32,000 nt of DNA from Candidatus Helarchaeota ASGARD archaeon Hel_GB_B (GCA_005191425.1 SUPR01000004.1:30001-62000); one strand, 5' to 3'; counted from the first letter of the stretch, positions 10,197 through 20,026 are shown. Made by a program: numbers and translations. The notes: generated by a model from the sequence alone, not told the origin.

Positions 10197-10628
10197 ATGG
10201 TAGAAAAAGTTATTGAAGAATTTTTTGTAAAAGGTCATCCAAATATTCTAGGTAAACATAAAACGACCATTGAATTTACTAAAGATAATACCCTTACTAA
10301 AAAAGGTGATTGTATAATTGGAGTTTCCAGCGAAAAAGGACTTAATGATTTTAAAAGTTCATTTAAAAAATTGGCAAAACATAAAAACTCAAGGATAATT
10401 TGTAAATTAATCTTAGATAATTATTCTGAACTAATTGAAGGCAAAGGCGCACCTAATCTAACATTTAATAATAAGGAGGACATTGTGATTAGAAAAAGTA
10501 ATTTCATTTGTGATAGGACTATTATGATTGGTGCAAATAAATCAGCTATTGATATTGACCGTAGATTAATAAAATTATTACAAAACTCGGACACAAGGAT
10601 GAAAGTTGTTTTTGAAGTAAGCTTTTAA
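10197..10628 (+). CDS. DUF371 family archaeal protein
   Basis: GHPNI..KHKTTIEFTKD..LT..GDCIIGV and IVIRKSNFICDRT..I.ANKSA match my recollection of DUF371; overlaps trm5 tail-to-tail by 4 bp. Confidence 0.8.
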   Translation: MVEKVIEEFFVKGHPNILGKHKTTIEFTKDNTLTKKGDCIIGVSSEKGLNDFKSSFKKLAKHKNSRIICKLILDNYSELIEGKGAPNLTFNNKEDIVIRKSNFICDRTIMIGANKSAIDIDRRLIKLLQNSDTRMKVVFEVSF

Positions 10629-11704
10629 ATGATTTTAATATCAAAAGCAAATTGCGATTTTTTAGGTGATATATCTTTAACCTTTTTATAAAAAATAGTT
10701 TCCTTTAATATCCTGTTATTTCTTTTAATTTCATCTGTTATTTTGTTTGTAATATCCGAAATTTTTTGTTCATTTGAAATAAATTGATAATAATTTATAA
10801 TCCCACCATTTTTAGAAATTAATTGGCATGCATCTTTTAAATAATTAAATGATGTTTTTGGTAAATTCATTATTACCCTATCGGCAAAATTTTTAAATTT
10901 AGTAATATTATTACTAACGTTTCCCAATATCAATTTAATAGAATGAACTTTGTTTAGAATTATATTTTTTTCAAAATAATTTATAGCATTAGGATTAATA
11001 TCAAAAGCAATAATTTCTACATCTCTTTTTTTTGCAATTTGTATAGAATAAGTACCTACTCCAGCAAACATATCTATAATTTTTTCATTATTTCTCACTT
11101 GTTTTACAACTCTTAGCCGTTCGGTGCTTAATCTAGGACTAAAATAAACCTTTTTAACATCTAACTCAAATAAACATCCATTTTCTTTATGTATAGTAAT
11201 TGGGTTATCAATCCCACCAATTAATTCTAATTTCCTTATCCTGAATTTCCCTGATACAATACTTTTTTTTGAATAAACTGTTCTTATACTTTTAAATGTT
11301 TTAATAATAGCATTTCCAATTAATTTATCATATTTTTTAATTACTTCTGGAATTTCAATTATAGCTATATTTCCAATAGTATCAAAAGATTTTGGAAGAA
11401 ATTTAATATAATTTGGATCTACTTTTTGTAATAAATAATCTCTAAAATTAGAAACTCTTTTTTTTCTTTTTTTAAAAGAATAATTTGTGATAATGAAATA
11501 AGGATCAATATCTTTAATTTGTTTTTTCTCCCTTGAAGACAAATCTCTAGTAATAGGAATTAAAATTTTATTATTAATTGTTTCAATTTTATATAATTCA
11601 TTAAATAAACCCAAACTTTTAATAACTCTCCTAATATTCTCCCCTTTTTTAATATTTGCTGTTAAACATAAAGAATTATCTAAATCTTCATTCAAGAGTT
11701 TCAA
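10625..11704 (-). CDS. trm5: tRNA (guanine37-N1)-methyltransferase Trm5 (Trm5b-like)
   Basis: SFDTIGNIAII, KVYFSPRLSTER, DMFAGVG, VIMNLP; TTG start. Confidence 0.88.
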   Translation of the reverse strand: MKLLNEDLDNSLCLTANIKKGENIRRVIKSLGLFNELYKIETINNKILIPITRDLSSREKKQIKDIDPYFIITNYSFKKRKKRVSNFRDYLLQKVDPNYIKFLPKSFDTIGNIAIIEIPEVIKKYDKLIGNAIIKTFKSIRTVYSKKSIVSGKFRIRKLELIGGIDNPITIHKENGCLFELDVKKVYFSPRLSTERLRVVKQVRNNEKIIDMFAGVGTYSIQIAKKRDVEIIAFDINPNAINYFEKNIILNKVHSIKLILGNVSNNITKFKNFADRVIMNLPKTSFNYLKDACQLISKNGGIINYYQFISNEQKISDITNKITDEIKRNNRILKETIFYKKVKDISPKKSQFAFDIKII

Positions 11705-11891
11705 CCTGATAAATAACTTTTTGGTTATTAAAATTATTCTAAATCGTCATTAAATTTTTAAGAGGTCAACACAATTAAAAGATATTAATTTGTAATTTTT
11801 TTATAAAATCATAAATTTATAGATAATTTAAATTATATTTTGTCATTACACGAAACAAAGACTTTTAATTTAATTTAGACCGTGAATAAAA

Positions 11892-12131
11892 ATGGGTAGA
11901 AGACGAAAACAGAAAGTACAAAAGCGAGTAAGAAAAACATTACCAAAAGTATTTACATGCCCTGAGTGTGGTAAAGTTACAATAACTATAGAAATTCATA
12001 AAGATAAAAAGATAGCATATTTAAAATGCGGAAATTGCAAATTAGAAGCAAAAATTGAAGCAAACTATCTTTCTGAGCCTGTGGATATCTATGGCGATTT
12101 TTTAGATAAATATTATGAAGAATATGCTTAA
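11892..12131 (+). CDS. elf1: Transcription elongation factor Elf1
   Basis: MGRRRK basic N-terminus, LPKVFTCPECG...CGNC zinc ribbon, EPVDIYGDFLD. Confidence 0.92.
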   Translation: MGRRRKQKVQKRVRKTLPKVFTCPECGKVTITIEIHKDKKIAYLKCGNCKLEAKIEANYLSEPVDIYGDFLDKYYEEYA

Positions 12132-12140
12132 AAAAATACT

Positions 12141-13367
12141 CTAATGTTTTTTAAGACACTCATTTAACTTTTCTCTATAGCTTTCGGCTTTATCTTGCTC
12201 GTTCAATTTCTCACTAATCTTCAAAGCTCTTCTATAATATCTTGCAGCATTTCTGAAATCATTGTTTGAATAGCATTGTCTTGCTAATTTTAAAATATTT
12301 GACCGCTCTAAATTTATTTCTTCAATTGAAAAAAACATTTTTGATGTTTTTTTAACTAAAAACCACTTGTTATAGACAAATAAACCTAAAAGACCACATA
12401 AAAAGACAATTGTTAGAATTAAATAAAATGGCCAGACAATAATGTTATCTTGTAGGGCTAATGCATTAAAAATATTTACCCATAGTCTTAAATTATCACC
12501 AATAGAATACCATTTAACTCCAATAGAAGGATTAATCGAGTCACTAAACATTTCTGTAGCTCCACATGTAATAATTAATGATCTACCTACTTGAAATCGT
12601 AACAACCAATAAGGGGGAGAATATATTTTATGTAAAGAAGAGAAATAATAATAAGACATTGTAGGTCCATAAGCACCATCATATTTTAAATAAGGCGCTG
12701 TTATATTAATGCATGAAGACCTTATAATTACATTTGATATTTTAGAACCCAATATAGAGTTTGAAAATTGAAGATAATTGATTTTTATTAAAGTAGGTTC
12801 TCCATTATAATTTTCTGATTGGTCTTCATCAACTATGTCAGCAGTTGTAAATTCTATTGGAATACTTAAATTTCCTAAAATATTGTTTAAAAGAAATGGC
12901 TTTCCTCTCTTTTGTAAATTGCTTTGATGATAATAATCTGACATGATTAAAAGACATCCACCCTCTTTCGTCCAATTTATTATCGATTCAACTTCAAATA
13001 AGGTAAAAGTAGTGCCATTTCCTGGATTTGGAATTACTAAAATATCATAATTCTTTAATATTGTATAATTTAATTGCGTTCCATTTTTATTTAATTTGAC
13101 AATAAAATTACCCGATTGATTTAGGTAATCTAAGGCACTTACAAAATTACCATTAGAATATGTGAAATATTGATTGTGTGATTCATCAAAAAGAACCATT
13201 AATTTTGAAGAATTTAAAGAATTAGAATGGGGAATAAGTGTAAATATTTGAATTATTAAAAGAATGATTATTATATTGATGCTCATATATTTCTTTGTCA
13301 ATTCTATCACTATTTTAAAATATGATGAATAAATTAATTCAAAATATTTAAAGTTATTTTGATTCAT
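12141..13367 (-). CDS. Predicted single-pass membrane protein: signal/anchor, GIFT (GldG/IFT52)/DUF4350-like ectodomain, TM helix, TPR-like cytoplasmic tail
   Basis: Hydrophobic N-terminus (IIIILLIIQIFTLI); VLFDESHNQYF..YDILVIPNP..FTLFEVESIINWTKEGGCLLIM pattern; TM WPFYLILTIVFLCGLLGLFVY; tail LARQCYSNNDFRNAARYYRRAL. The true start may be ATG 13286. Confidence 0.6.
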   Translation of the reverse strand: MNQNNFKYFELIYSSYFKIVIELTKKYMSINIIIILLIIQIFTLIPHSNSLNSSKLMVLFDESHNQYFTYSNGNFVSALDYLNQSGNFIVKLNKNGTQLNYTILKNYDILVIPNPGNGTTFTLFEVESIINWTKEGGCLLIMSDYYHQSNLQKRGKPFLLNNILGNLSIPIEFTTADIVDEDQSENYNGEPTLIKINYLQFSNSILGSKISNVIIRSSCINITAPYLKYDGAYGPTMSYYYFSSLHKIYSPPYWLLRFQVGRSLIITCGATEMFSDSINPSIGVKWYSIGDNLRLWVNIFNALALQDNIIVWPFYLILTIVFLCGLLGLFVYNKWFLVKKTSKMFFSIEEINLERSNILKLARQCYSNNDFRNAARYYRRALKISEKLNEQDKAESYREKLNECLKKH

Positions 13368-13451
13368 TTAATATTAATTTAACTTTAATTTTTTTCAGTA
13401 AATTAAAAAATATTTTTTACAATAGGTAAAATAATATAAATAACCTATTTG

Positions 13452-16400
13452 ATGGAATTAAATGAAATGTTTGAGGAATTGCAAAAAGAAGTACAACATT
13501 ATTTTGATAATTTAATTAAAGAAGTCAATGAATGTTATAAAATTGCGCAAAAAGCCAGAAGTAGAGGAAAAGACCCTTACGAAGGAGTAGAAATTCCTCC
13601 AGCTGAAGATGTAGCATCTCGAGTTGAGGAATTAATTGGTCCAAAAGGTGTAAAAAACAGAATTCAAGAATTACAAGAAAAAGGACTGGACAACGAAAAA
13701 ATAGCCTTTAAAATAACTAAAGAAATAATTGATAAAAAATTTATAAAAGATATTGACAAGGCTGAACTTGCAAAACTGGCAATCCGCGCAGGTCTTTGCA
13801 TTTTAACTTCCGGAATAACCGCAGCACCAATAGAAGGCTTAGTAGATGTTAAAATCAGGAAAAATAAAGATGGCACTGAATATATTGCAATGTATTTTTC
13901 AGGCCCAATAAGAGCAGCAGGTGGGACTGCAGCAGCTCAAGCTGTCATGTTAGGCGATTATGTCAGAAAACTAATTAAGTTAGATAGATATAAACCAAGT
14001 AATGACGAAATAGAACGTTATTTAGAAGAAATAATTTTGTATAAAAGATTGAGAAATCTCCAATTTCCTATTAAAGCTAAGTCTATTAGGTCAGCTGCTA
14101 AAAACTGTCCAATAGAAATTACTGGAGAACCTACTGAAAAAGAAGAAGTAACAGGTTATAGAAATATATGGCGAATTAATACGAATAAAGTTAGAGGTGG
14201 TGCATGCTTAGTACTTAATGATGGTATTATTGGAAAAGCTCATAAACTTATGAAAATAGTTGAAAAATTTGATTTTAAAGGTTGGGAATGGTTAAAAGAT
14301 TTACAAGAAAAAGAAGAAGAAATGGAATTAAAAGAAGATTCTGATCCTATTAAACCTAAAGACAAATTTATTGCGGGGATTATTGCTGGTCGTCCAATAT
14401 TTTCTCATCCCTCTAGAAAAGAAGGTTTCAGAATTAGATACGGACGTGTTAGAAATACTGGTCTAGCTGCAGTTGGACTAAATAAATACACAATGAAAAT
14501 TACTGGGAATTTTTTAGTTCAAGGAACGCAATTTATTACCGAACGTCCTGGAAAAGCTTCCATTAGTATTGCAGTTGATTCAATAGAAGGCCCAATTGTT
14601 AAAATTTTTGACGGCTCAGTCATAAAAATAGAAAATGAGATCACTTATAAAAAATATATGGATAAAATTCAGAGAATATTATATTTAGGTGATGTCCTTA
14701 TTGGTTTTGGAGAATTCTTGGAAAATAACCACATTTTAATACCTTCAGGCTATACAGAAGAATGGTGGTGCGCCGAATTTAAAGAAGTATTAAAAAAATA
14801 CTATAATAATCAAATTGAGGAACTGTCCACTAAGTTAAAAATAGATTCGGATAGACTTTCTACCTTATTATCAGATCCATTTTATAATTTTCCAAATGAA
14901 ATTGAAGCAATTAAAATATCTGAAATTTTAGGGCTCCCAATTCACCCAAAATATACATTTTTTTGGGAATATATCACAAGAGATGATGTAATTAAACTCC
15001 GAAACTGGTTGCTGACCGCTAAATATATTGATAATAATAATACAAATAAAAATAATAAAATTTCATCAATAAAAAATATGGAATTAGACTTAAAATCTCA
15101 TTCAGAAGAGAAAAAAATCCTAGAAATATTAGGAATTGAACATTTTGTTAAAGGTGACAAAATAATAATTGCCAAATATTCTTACATTATTCAAAAAATT
15201 TTTAATTTAAATGATCCAGAATCAAACTTTGAATTTATTCTACCGACAAAAAAGAATCATTTTGTAGGAAATTTTTTAAAATACAAAATTAGAGCAAAAG
15301 CTCCTTATAGAATAGGAGGAAGAATGGGGCGCCCCGAAAAAGCAGATGAAAGAGTAAAATTCCATACTTTATTCCCCGTAGGTAATGAAGGTGGAAATAG
15401 ACGAGATATAATTAAAGCGGCAGAAAATAAAATAATATCTTTGGAAATTGTAAATAGAAAATGTCCAAAATGTAACCAAGAGACTATTTATTACATTTGC
15501 CCAAAATGTCATATCCGAACAAAAATTATAACAAAATGCACTAATGTGAATTGTGGTAAAGAAGTCAATTCCGATTATTGTCCATATTGTAAAAGTCCTG
15601 TTAAAACTTATGGATATAAAAAAGTCAATTTAGCTCAAATTTTAAAAACAGCAAAATCTAATATAGAGGAAGAAATCCCTGCCTATATTAAAGGTGTTAA
15701 AGGGTTAATGAACAGACACCATATTTTTGAGCCTCTTGAGAAAGCTATCTTGAGAGTAAAATGGAATTTATATATATTTAGAGATGGAACAATTAGGTTT
15801 GATTCGGTCGATGCTCCATTAACTCATTTTACACCTAAAGAAATAGGGCTTTCTCTTGATAAGCTAAAGAAATTGGGATATTCTAGAGATATTTATGGTA
15901 ATAAGATTGAAAATTCAGAACAAATAATCGAATTAAAACCTCAAGATATAATAATTCCATATAATGGTGCGGATTTTTTAGTAAAAGTAGCTAACTTCAT
16001 AGATGAATTATTAATAAAATTCTATCATCTAAATCCATACTATAATATTGATACAATTGGTGATCTCATTGGGCAAATAGTAATTGGGTTAGCTCCTCAT
16101 ACATCAGCGGGCATAATTGGAAGAATTATCGGTTTTACTAAAAGTAAAATTTGCTATGCACATCCTTATTGGCATGCTGCAAAAAGAAGAAATTGCTTTC
16201 CTGGAGATACTACTATATTAATTAACATAAATGGAGTTCCTAAAAAAGTCTCCTTATATAAATTATATCATGAATTATTTGATAATGAAATTTTCTCCAA
16301 TTCTGTTTTCTCAAAAAATTTACCTAAAAAGGATATTAAAGTTTATTCTTTTGATTTAGAGAGTAAAAAAATAGTATTGACTGAAATTATTGATGTAATA

Positions 16401-17516
16401 AAAAGTCCGGCGCCAGAGCACCTAATTGAAATAATTTTAGAGGATAATCGGGCATTTATTACAACTTATGACCACCCAATCATCGTCTATGCTAATGGAA
16501 AATTTATCGAGAAAAAAGCGCTCGAAATTAACTTAAGAGATAAATTTTTAGTTTATAATAAAAATTATTTTGGGAGCACTGAAAATCTAACCTATAATTC
16601 TTTAAATACTAATGAATTAGAATTTTTAGAAGTTCGGGAGAAAAAGGTGATTAAATCTAATTTTTCATTTGTATATTCATTAAATGCTAAAAAGTATCAT
16701 ACAATATTTGTTAATGATAATATTATGACTCATCAATGTGATGGCGATGAGGACTCTATTATATTATTATTAGATGCTCTTTTAAATTTCTCAAGGTTAT
16801 ACCTTCCTACTACAAGAGGGGGAATGATGGATGCTCCTCTTGTTATTTCGATTATTCTACGTCCAAAAGAAGTTGACAAAGAAGTATTCAATTTGGAAAC
16901 AATTGAGCATTTTCCACTTGAATTTTACGAAGCCACATTAAACTATACCCCACCTAAACAATTATTAGATAAAATTGAGATAATCAATGATAGGCTTGGA
17001 AAACCTGAAGAATATTTTAACATTCATTATACTATACCAAATTCAACGATAAGTTCTAGTCCTACTGTTACAGCTTATAAAAAATACGAAAAAATAAAAG
17101 ATAAAGTCAATGCGCAATTAAGTCTTGGAATTAAAATAGATGCTGTTGATGTCGTAGATGAAGTAAATAGACTATTAAATACACATTTTATACCTGATAT
17201 AATTGGAAATATGAGGGCATTTACAACTCAGCAAATTAGGTGTCCTCGATGTAATTTAAAATTCAGACGAATACCGTTATCAGGAGTATGTCCTCAATGT
17301 AATAACAAATTAATTTTTACTGTTCATGAAGGAGGAATCGTAAAATATCTAGAAATAGCTAAAGAATTAGCTAATAAATTTAAATTAAATGATTATATTA
17401 AACAAAGACTGGAACTTATTGAGAATGATATTAATTCTTTATTTAAAAATCGAAAAAAATCCGTTTTAATTACTAAGTTTTTTAATAATAAAGCTAATAA
17501 TAATAAAAAATCATAA
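13452..17516 (+). CDS. polC: DNA polymerase D large subunit DP2, intein-containing
   Basis: YFSGPIRAAGGTA, RIRYGRVRNTGLA, GGRMGRPEKA, FRDGTIRFD, HAAKRRN|CDGDED, several Cys4 zinc fingers. ATG at 13452 (track start is TTG 13449). Confidence 0.97.
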   Translation: MELNEMFEELQKEVQHYFDNLIKEVNECYKIAQKARSRGKDPYEGVEIPPAEDVASRVEELIGPKGVKNRIQELQEKGLDNEKIAFKITKEIIDKKFIKDIDKAELAKLAIRAGLCILTSGITAAPIEGLVDVKIRKNKDGTEYIAMYFSGPIRAAGGTAAAQAVMLGDYVRKLIKLDRYKPSNDEIERYLEEIILYKRLRNLQFPIKAKSIRSAAKNCPIEITGEPTEKEEVTGYRNIWRINTNKVRGGACLVLNDGIIGKAHKLMKIVEKFDFKGWEWLKDLQEKEEEMELKEDSDPIKPKDKFIAGIIAGRPIFSHPSRKEGFRIRYGRVRNTGLAAVGLNKYTMKITGNFLVQGTQFITERPGKASISIAVDSIEGPIVKIFDGSVIKIENEITYKKYMDKIQRILYLGDVLIGFGEFLENNHILIPSGYTEEWWCAEFKEVLKKYYNNQIEELSTKLKIDSDRLSTLLSDPFYNFPNEIEAIKISEILGLPIHPKYTFFWEYITRDDVIKLRNWLLTAKYIDNNNTNKNNKISSIKNMELDLKSHSEEKKILEILGIEHFVKGDKIIIAKYSYIIQKIFNLNDPESNFEFILPTKKNHFVGNFLKYKIRAKAPYRIGGRMGRPEKADERVKFHTLFPVGNEGGNRRDIIKAAENKIISLEIVNRKCPKCNQETIYYICPKCHIRTKIITKCTNVNCGKEVNSDYCPYCKSPVKTYGYKKVNLAQILKTAKSNIEEEIPAYIKGVKGLMNRHHIFEPLEKAILRVKWNLYIFRDGTIRFDSVDAPLTHFTPKEIGLSLDKLKKLGYSRDIYGNKIENSEQIIELKPQDIIIPYNGADFLVKVANFIDELLIKFYHLNPYYNIDTIGDLIGQIVIGLAPHTSAGIIGRIIGFTKSKICYAHPYWHAAKRRNCFPGDTTILININGVPKKVSLYKLYHELFDNEIFSNSVFSKNLPKKDIKVYSFDLESKKIVLTEIIDVIKSPAPEHLIEIILEDNRAFITTYDHPIIVYANGKFIEKKALEINLRDKFLVYNKNYFGSTENLTYNSLNTNELEFLEVREKKVIKSNFSFVYSLNAKKYHTIFVNDNIMTHQCDGDEDSIILLLDALLNFSRLYLPTTRGGMMDAPLVISIILRPKEVDKEVFNLETIEHFPLEFYEATLNYTPPKQLLDKIEIINDRLGKPEEYFNIHYTIPNSTISSSPTVTAYKKYEKIKDKVNAQLSLGIKIDAVDVVDEVNRLLNTHFIPDIIGNMRAFTTQQIRCPRCNLKFRRIPLSGVCPQCNNKLIFTVHEGGIVKYLEIAKELANKFKLNDYIKQRLELIENDINSLFKNRKKSVLITKFFNNKANNNKKS
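16194..16736 (+). mobile_element. Mini-intein (181 aa, Cys1...His-Gln, Cys+1) in DP2, with no homing endonuclease
   Basis: In-frame insert splitting the conserved HAAKRRN/CDGDED; block A CFPGDT, block B TTYDHP, C-terminus VYSLNAKKYH...MTHQ followed by C; no LAGLIDADG motif. Confidence 0.95.
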
Positions 17517-17531
17517 TGCATTAATTCCTAT

Positions 17532-18386
17532 TCAGAGTTTGAAATCAGGATTTAATAGGACTTTTATTAAATCTATATCGTAAATCATTCCCAATAATTT
17601 ATCATTTACGTTCATCACTGGTAATTGGTCTAGAAGGAATTTTCCCATTTTATTAGCGCAGTCATGAATTGTACTTAATTCATTAACAACTTGAATTTGT
17701 CCTTTCTTGACCATGACATCTTTTACTTGTTTATCAGGTAATTGTAATTCTTTTTTAGTGATTAATAATGTATCTGCAGTCCCCCAGCTCCACTCATAAT
17801 CTTCTGTTGCAGATAAAGAACTTGCATATTCCTCTACAATTACTTCGCTTTCTTTCATTAATTCCTCATAGCTTAAAATCCCTGATAAATTACCAGAATC
17901 ATCTATACATGGAATTACTGTAATATTTGAAATTTGCATTATATATAATGCTACTTGTAATGGTGTTCCGTCCCAAATAGAAATAGTCCCTGTTTTTACA
18001 AAAGGCTTAATTGGATCTTTAAAATTTTTCTTGGCCAAAATTTTTTTAATAATTAGGTGAACTGTTAAAAGTCCTACTATTTGTTCCCCATCTAAAACTA
18101 CAATAATTCTATTTTTAGTATCAGTAATTAATTTTATTGCTTCTTTAATATCAGTATCTTGTTGGATTGTTATTGGATTTCTATTCATTAATATTGCAAG
18201 GTCTTCTTCATCTGGATTTTTAATTAATTCTATTGGTGAAACTGTTCCTAGTAATTTTTCCGTATCTTTCTTTAAAATAGGGATTAATTTCAAATTATAC
18301 TTTTTAATTAATTCAAGAGCAGAATCCCTACTTCCAGGTACATAAAGCTTTTGAAATTCAGTCCTCATTATATCCTTAACAAGCAA
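17532..18386 (-). CDS. CBS-domain protein (two Bateman pairs)
   Basis: LVKDIM, LMNRNPITI, VKDVMVK, LPVMNVNDKLLGMI; TTG start with GAGGT at 18394-18398. Confidence 0.88.
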   Translation of the reverse strand: MLVKDIMRTEFQKLYVPGSRDSALELIKKYNLKLIPILKKDTEKLLGTVSPIELIKNPDEEDLAILMNRNPITIQQDTDIKEAIKLITDTKNRIIVVLDGEQIVGLLTVHLIIKKILAKKNFKDPIKPFVKTGTISIWDGTPLQVALYIMQISNITVIPCIDDSGNLSGILSYEELMKESEVIVEEYASSLSATEDYEWSWGTADTLLITKKELQLPDKQVKDVMVKKGQIQVVNELSTIHDCANKMGKFLLDQLPVMNVNDKLLGMIYDIDLIKVLLNPDFKL

Positions 18387-18603
18387 ACTTCTGACCTCAT
18401 TAACAGTTTTACAAGTAAATAATATTTTAAATTTATATTTTTTTTAAATTTAAACTAAATTTTGGATTGTATTAAAATAAAAATCTCTCAATATTTACTT
18501 TTATTAAATATATAATATAAAAACCTTTTTTAATTGAGATTTTACCACTAATTAAAGATTCTATTAAACAACTTTTTAAAATAGATACATAATTTTTGAT
18601 AAA

Positions 18604-18906
18604 TTACTTAAATTCACACGAACAAGGTTTATTTTTACATTTTGGACAAACCTGATTATATTTTTTTATTGAACTTTCTTGTAAATCTATACCAATAATA
18701 TTAGCTAATGAGCATAACCATGCAAAAACATCTGCAAATTCCTCACTTATATTACTAAAGTCTTTATTAATATCTATCTTATTTATTGCTCTTGAAAGCT
18801 CCCCAACTTCTTCTACCAACCACATAAATGTTTTACTAATTCCTCTTTTTTTGTCTCGTTCGAAATACAAATCATACATTAACTTTTGAAAATCTTTTAT
18901 TTTAAT
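18604..18906 (-). CDS. MazG-like nucleotide pyrophosphohydrolase
   Basis: WLVEEVGELSRA, EEFADVFAWLCSLAN, C-terminal CPKC...CSC. Start extended from ATG 18879 to a putative ATT at 18906 (see findings); product call is firm, start is not. Confidence 0.85.
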   Translation of the reverse strand: MKIKDFQKLMYDLYFERDKKRGISKTFMWLVEEVGELSRAINKIDINKDFSNISEEFADVFAWLCSLANIIGIDLQESSIKKYNQVCPKCKNKPCSCEFK

Positions 18907-18912
18907 TATAAT

Positions 18913-18917
18913 TCACC
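18913..18917 (-). promoter_or_regulatory. GGTGA Shine-Dalgarno-like site for the MazG-like gene
   Basis: GGTGA lies 6 nt upstream of in-frame ATT at 18906; spacing is 7 nt for sec61b and vps22. Confidence 0.6.
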
Positions 18918-19016
18918 CTAAATATTACTAAATTAAGACTTGTTTTGAATATTTAATAAAAAACTTTAATAAATTTATTTAATTATTATTAGTATAGAAT
19001 ATTTGGTGAAATAATT

Positions 19017-19202
19017 ATGTCAAAAAAGAAAGGAAGACGCGCACAGAGACGTCAGTCAGAGGGCCCAATGCCTTTTGCAGGTGCAGGGCTTATTAGATTT
19101 TTTCAAGATGAGAGTACTGGTATTAAAGTAGGCCCTGTAACAACTCTAATAATATCTTTGATTTTGCTGATCGGCGTTGGCGTTGCACATGTTTTTCTAT
19201 AG
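19017..19202 (+). CDS. sec61b: Preprotein translocase subunit Sec61-beta (archaeal SecG)
   Basis: Basic N-terminus, AGLIRFFQDES.GIKVGP, single C-terminal TM helix; GGTGA at 19005-19009. Confidence 0.92.
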   Translation: MSKKKGRRAQRRQSEGPMPFAGAGLIRFFQDESTGIKVGPVTTLIISLILLIGVGVAHVFL

Positions 19203-19252
19203 GATATTTTAATACCTAAATTTTTCAGGAATTATTAAATAAAAAAATTAAA

Positions 19253-19870
19253 TTATTCTTCAAGAGATTTTTTCAATTCGTCAATTTGTTCCTGTAATTG
19301 TTTCTTTTTAGTAGAAACAGGTTCCGTTGAAGGGACTTCAGGGATAATACCCGCCGTTTCTAGCTGGTCTTCCATTTCTAATCTATTTAATTCTCGTTCC
19401 ACATCTAAATCTTCCAATTCATCTCCACCGATTGCCGTTTCAAAAATATCGCCAACTCTTTCTATCTCAGCAATACTTTCTTCTGTTTCTAGACTAATTT
19501 CCAGAGCTCTATCAGATGAAACAATTTTTCTCGCTGCTTGTAATTCTTTACTAGCTAATTCCATCGCAGAAGTAAGCGTCTGGATATCAGCAGCTTCTTC
19601 AAGCGCTATAATACGGTCTTCTAATCTATTTGTAAAAGCAGTATAACGATTAGCCATCTTTTGAAATTTTGACCACCGCGCTAAATATTGTTTTGCAGAT
19701 TTTTTATTTCCGGCTTTTAAGAATTGCCTTGCCCGTCTATGGCTATCCGCGGCTCTTTTTACAAAAACTTTTTGTCTTAATTCTAATTTATTGATTGATG
19801 CTCTTAACTCTGCTATAGCATCCTCTTTCTTAGGCTTTTTACCCGGGAATAATTTTTTAAAAACACTCAT
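19253..19870 (-). CDS. ESCRT-III, Snf7/Vps20/32/60 class (ESCRT-IIIB)
   Basis: MSVFKKLF amphipathic N-terminus, basic helical hairpin (EDAIAELR..GNKKSAKQYL), acidic C-half, MIM2-like IPEVPS. Confidence 0.9.
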   Translation of the reverse strand: MSVFKKLFPGKKPKKEDAIAELRASINKLELRQKVFVKRAADSHRRARQFLKAGNKKSAKQYLARWSKFQKMANRYTAFTNRLEDRIIALEEAADIQTLTSAMELASKELQAARKIVSSDRALEISLETEESIAEIERVGDIFETAIGGDELEDLDVERELNRLEMEDQLETAGIIPEVPSTEPVSTKKKQLQEQIDELKKSLEE

Positions 19871-20026
19871 AATTATTGACCATAATTGTTGTTATTATTC
19901 TATAAGCTTTTTTTTAATTAATAACTTTGGCATTATCAATTTTCAATTTAAAGAATTAATTCCTTTTAAACAACTATTAATTCATAAAGTAATAAAAATA
20001 TTCGTAAGGATGTTTACAATTTAATA

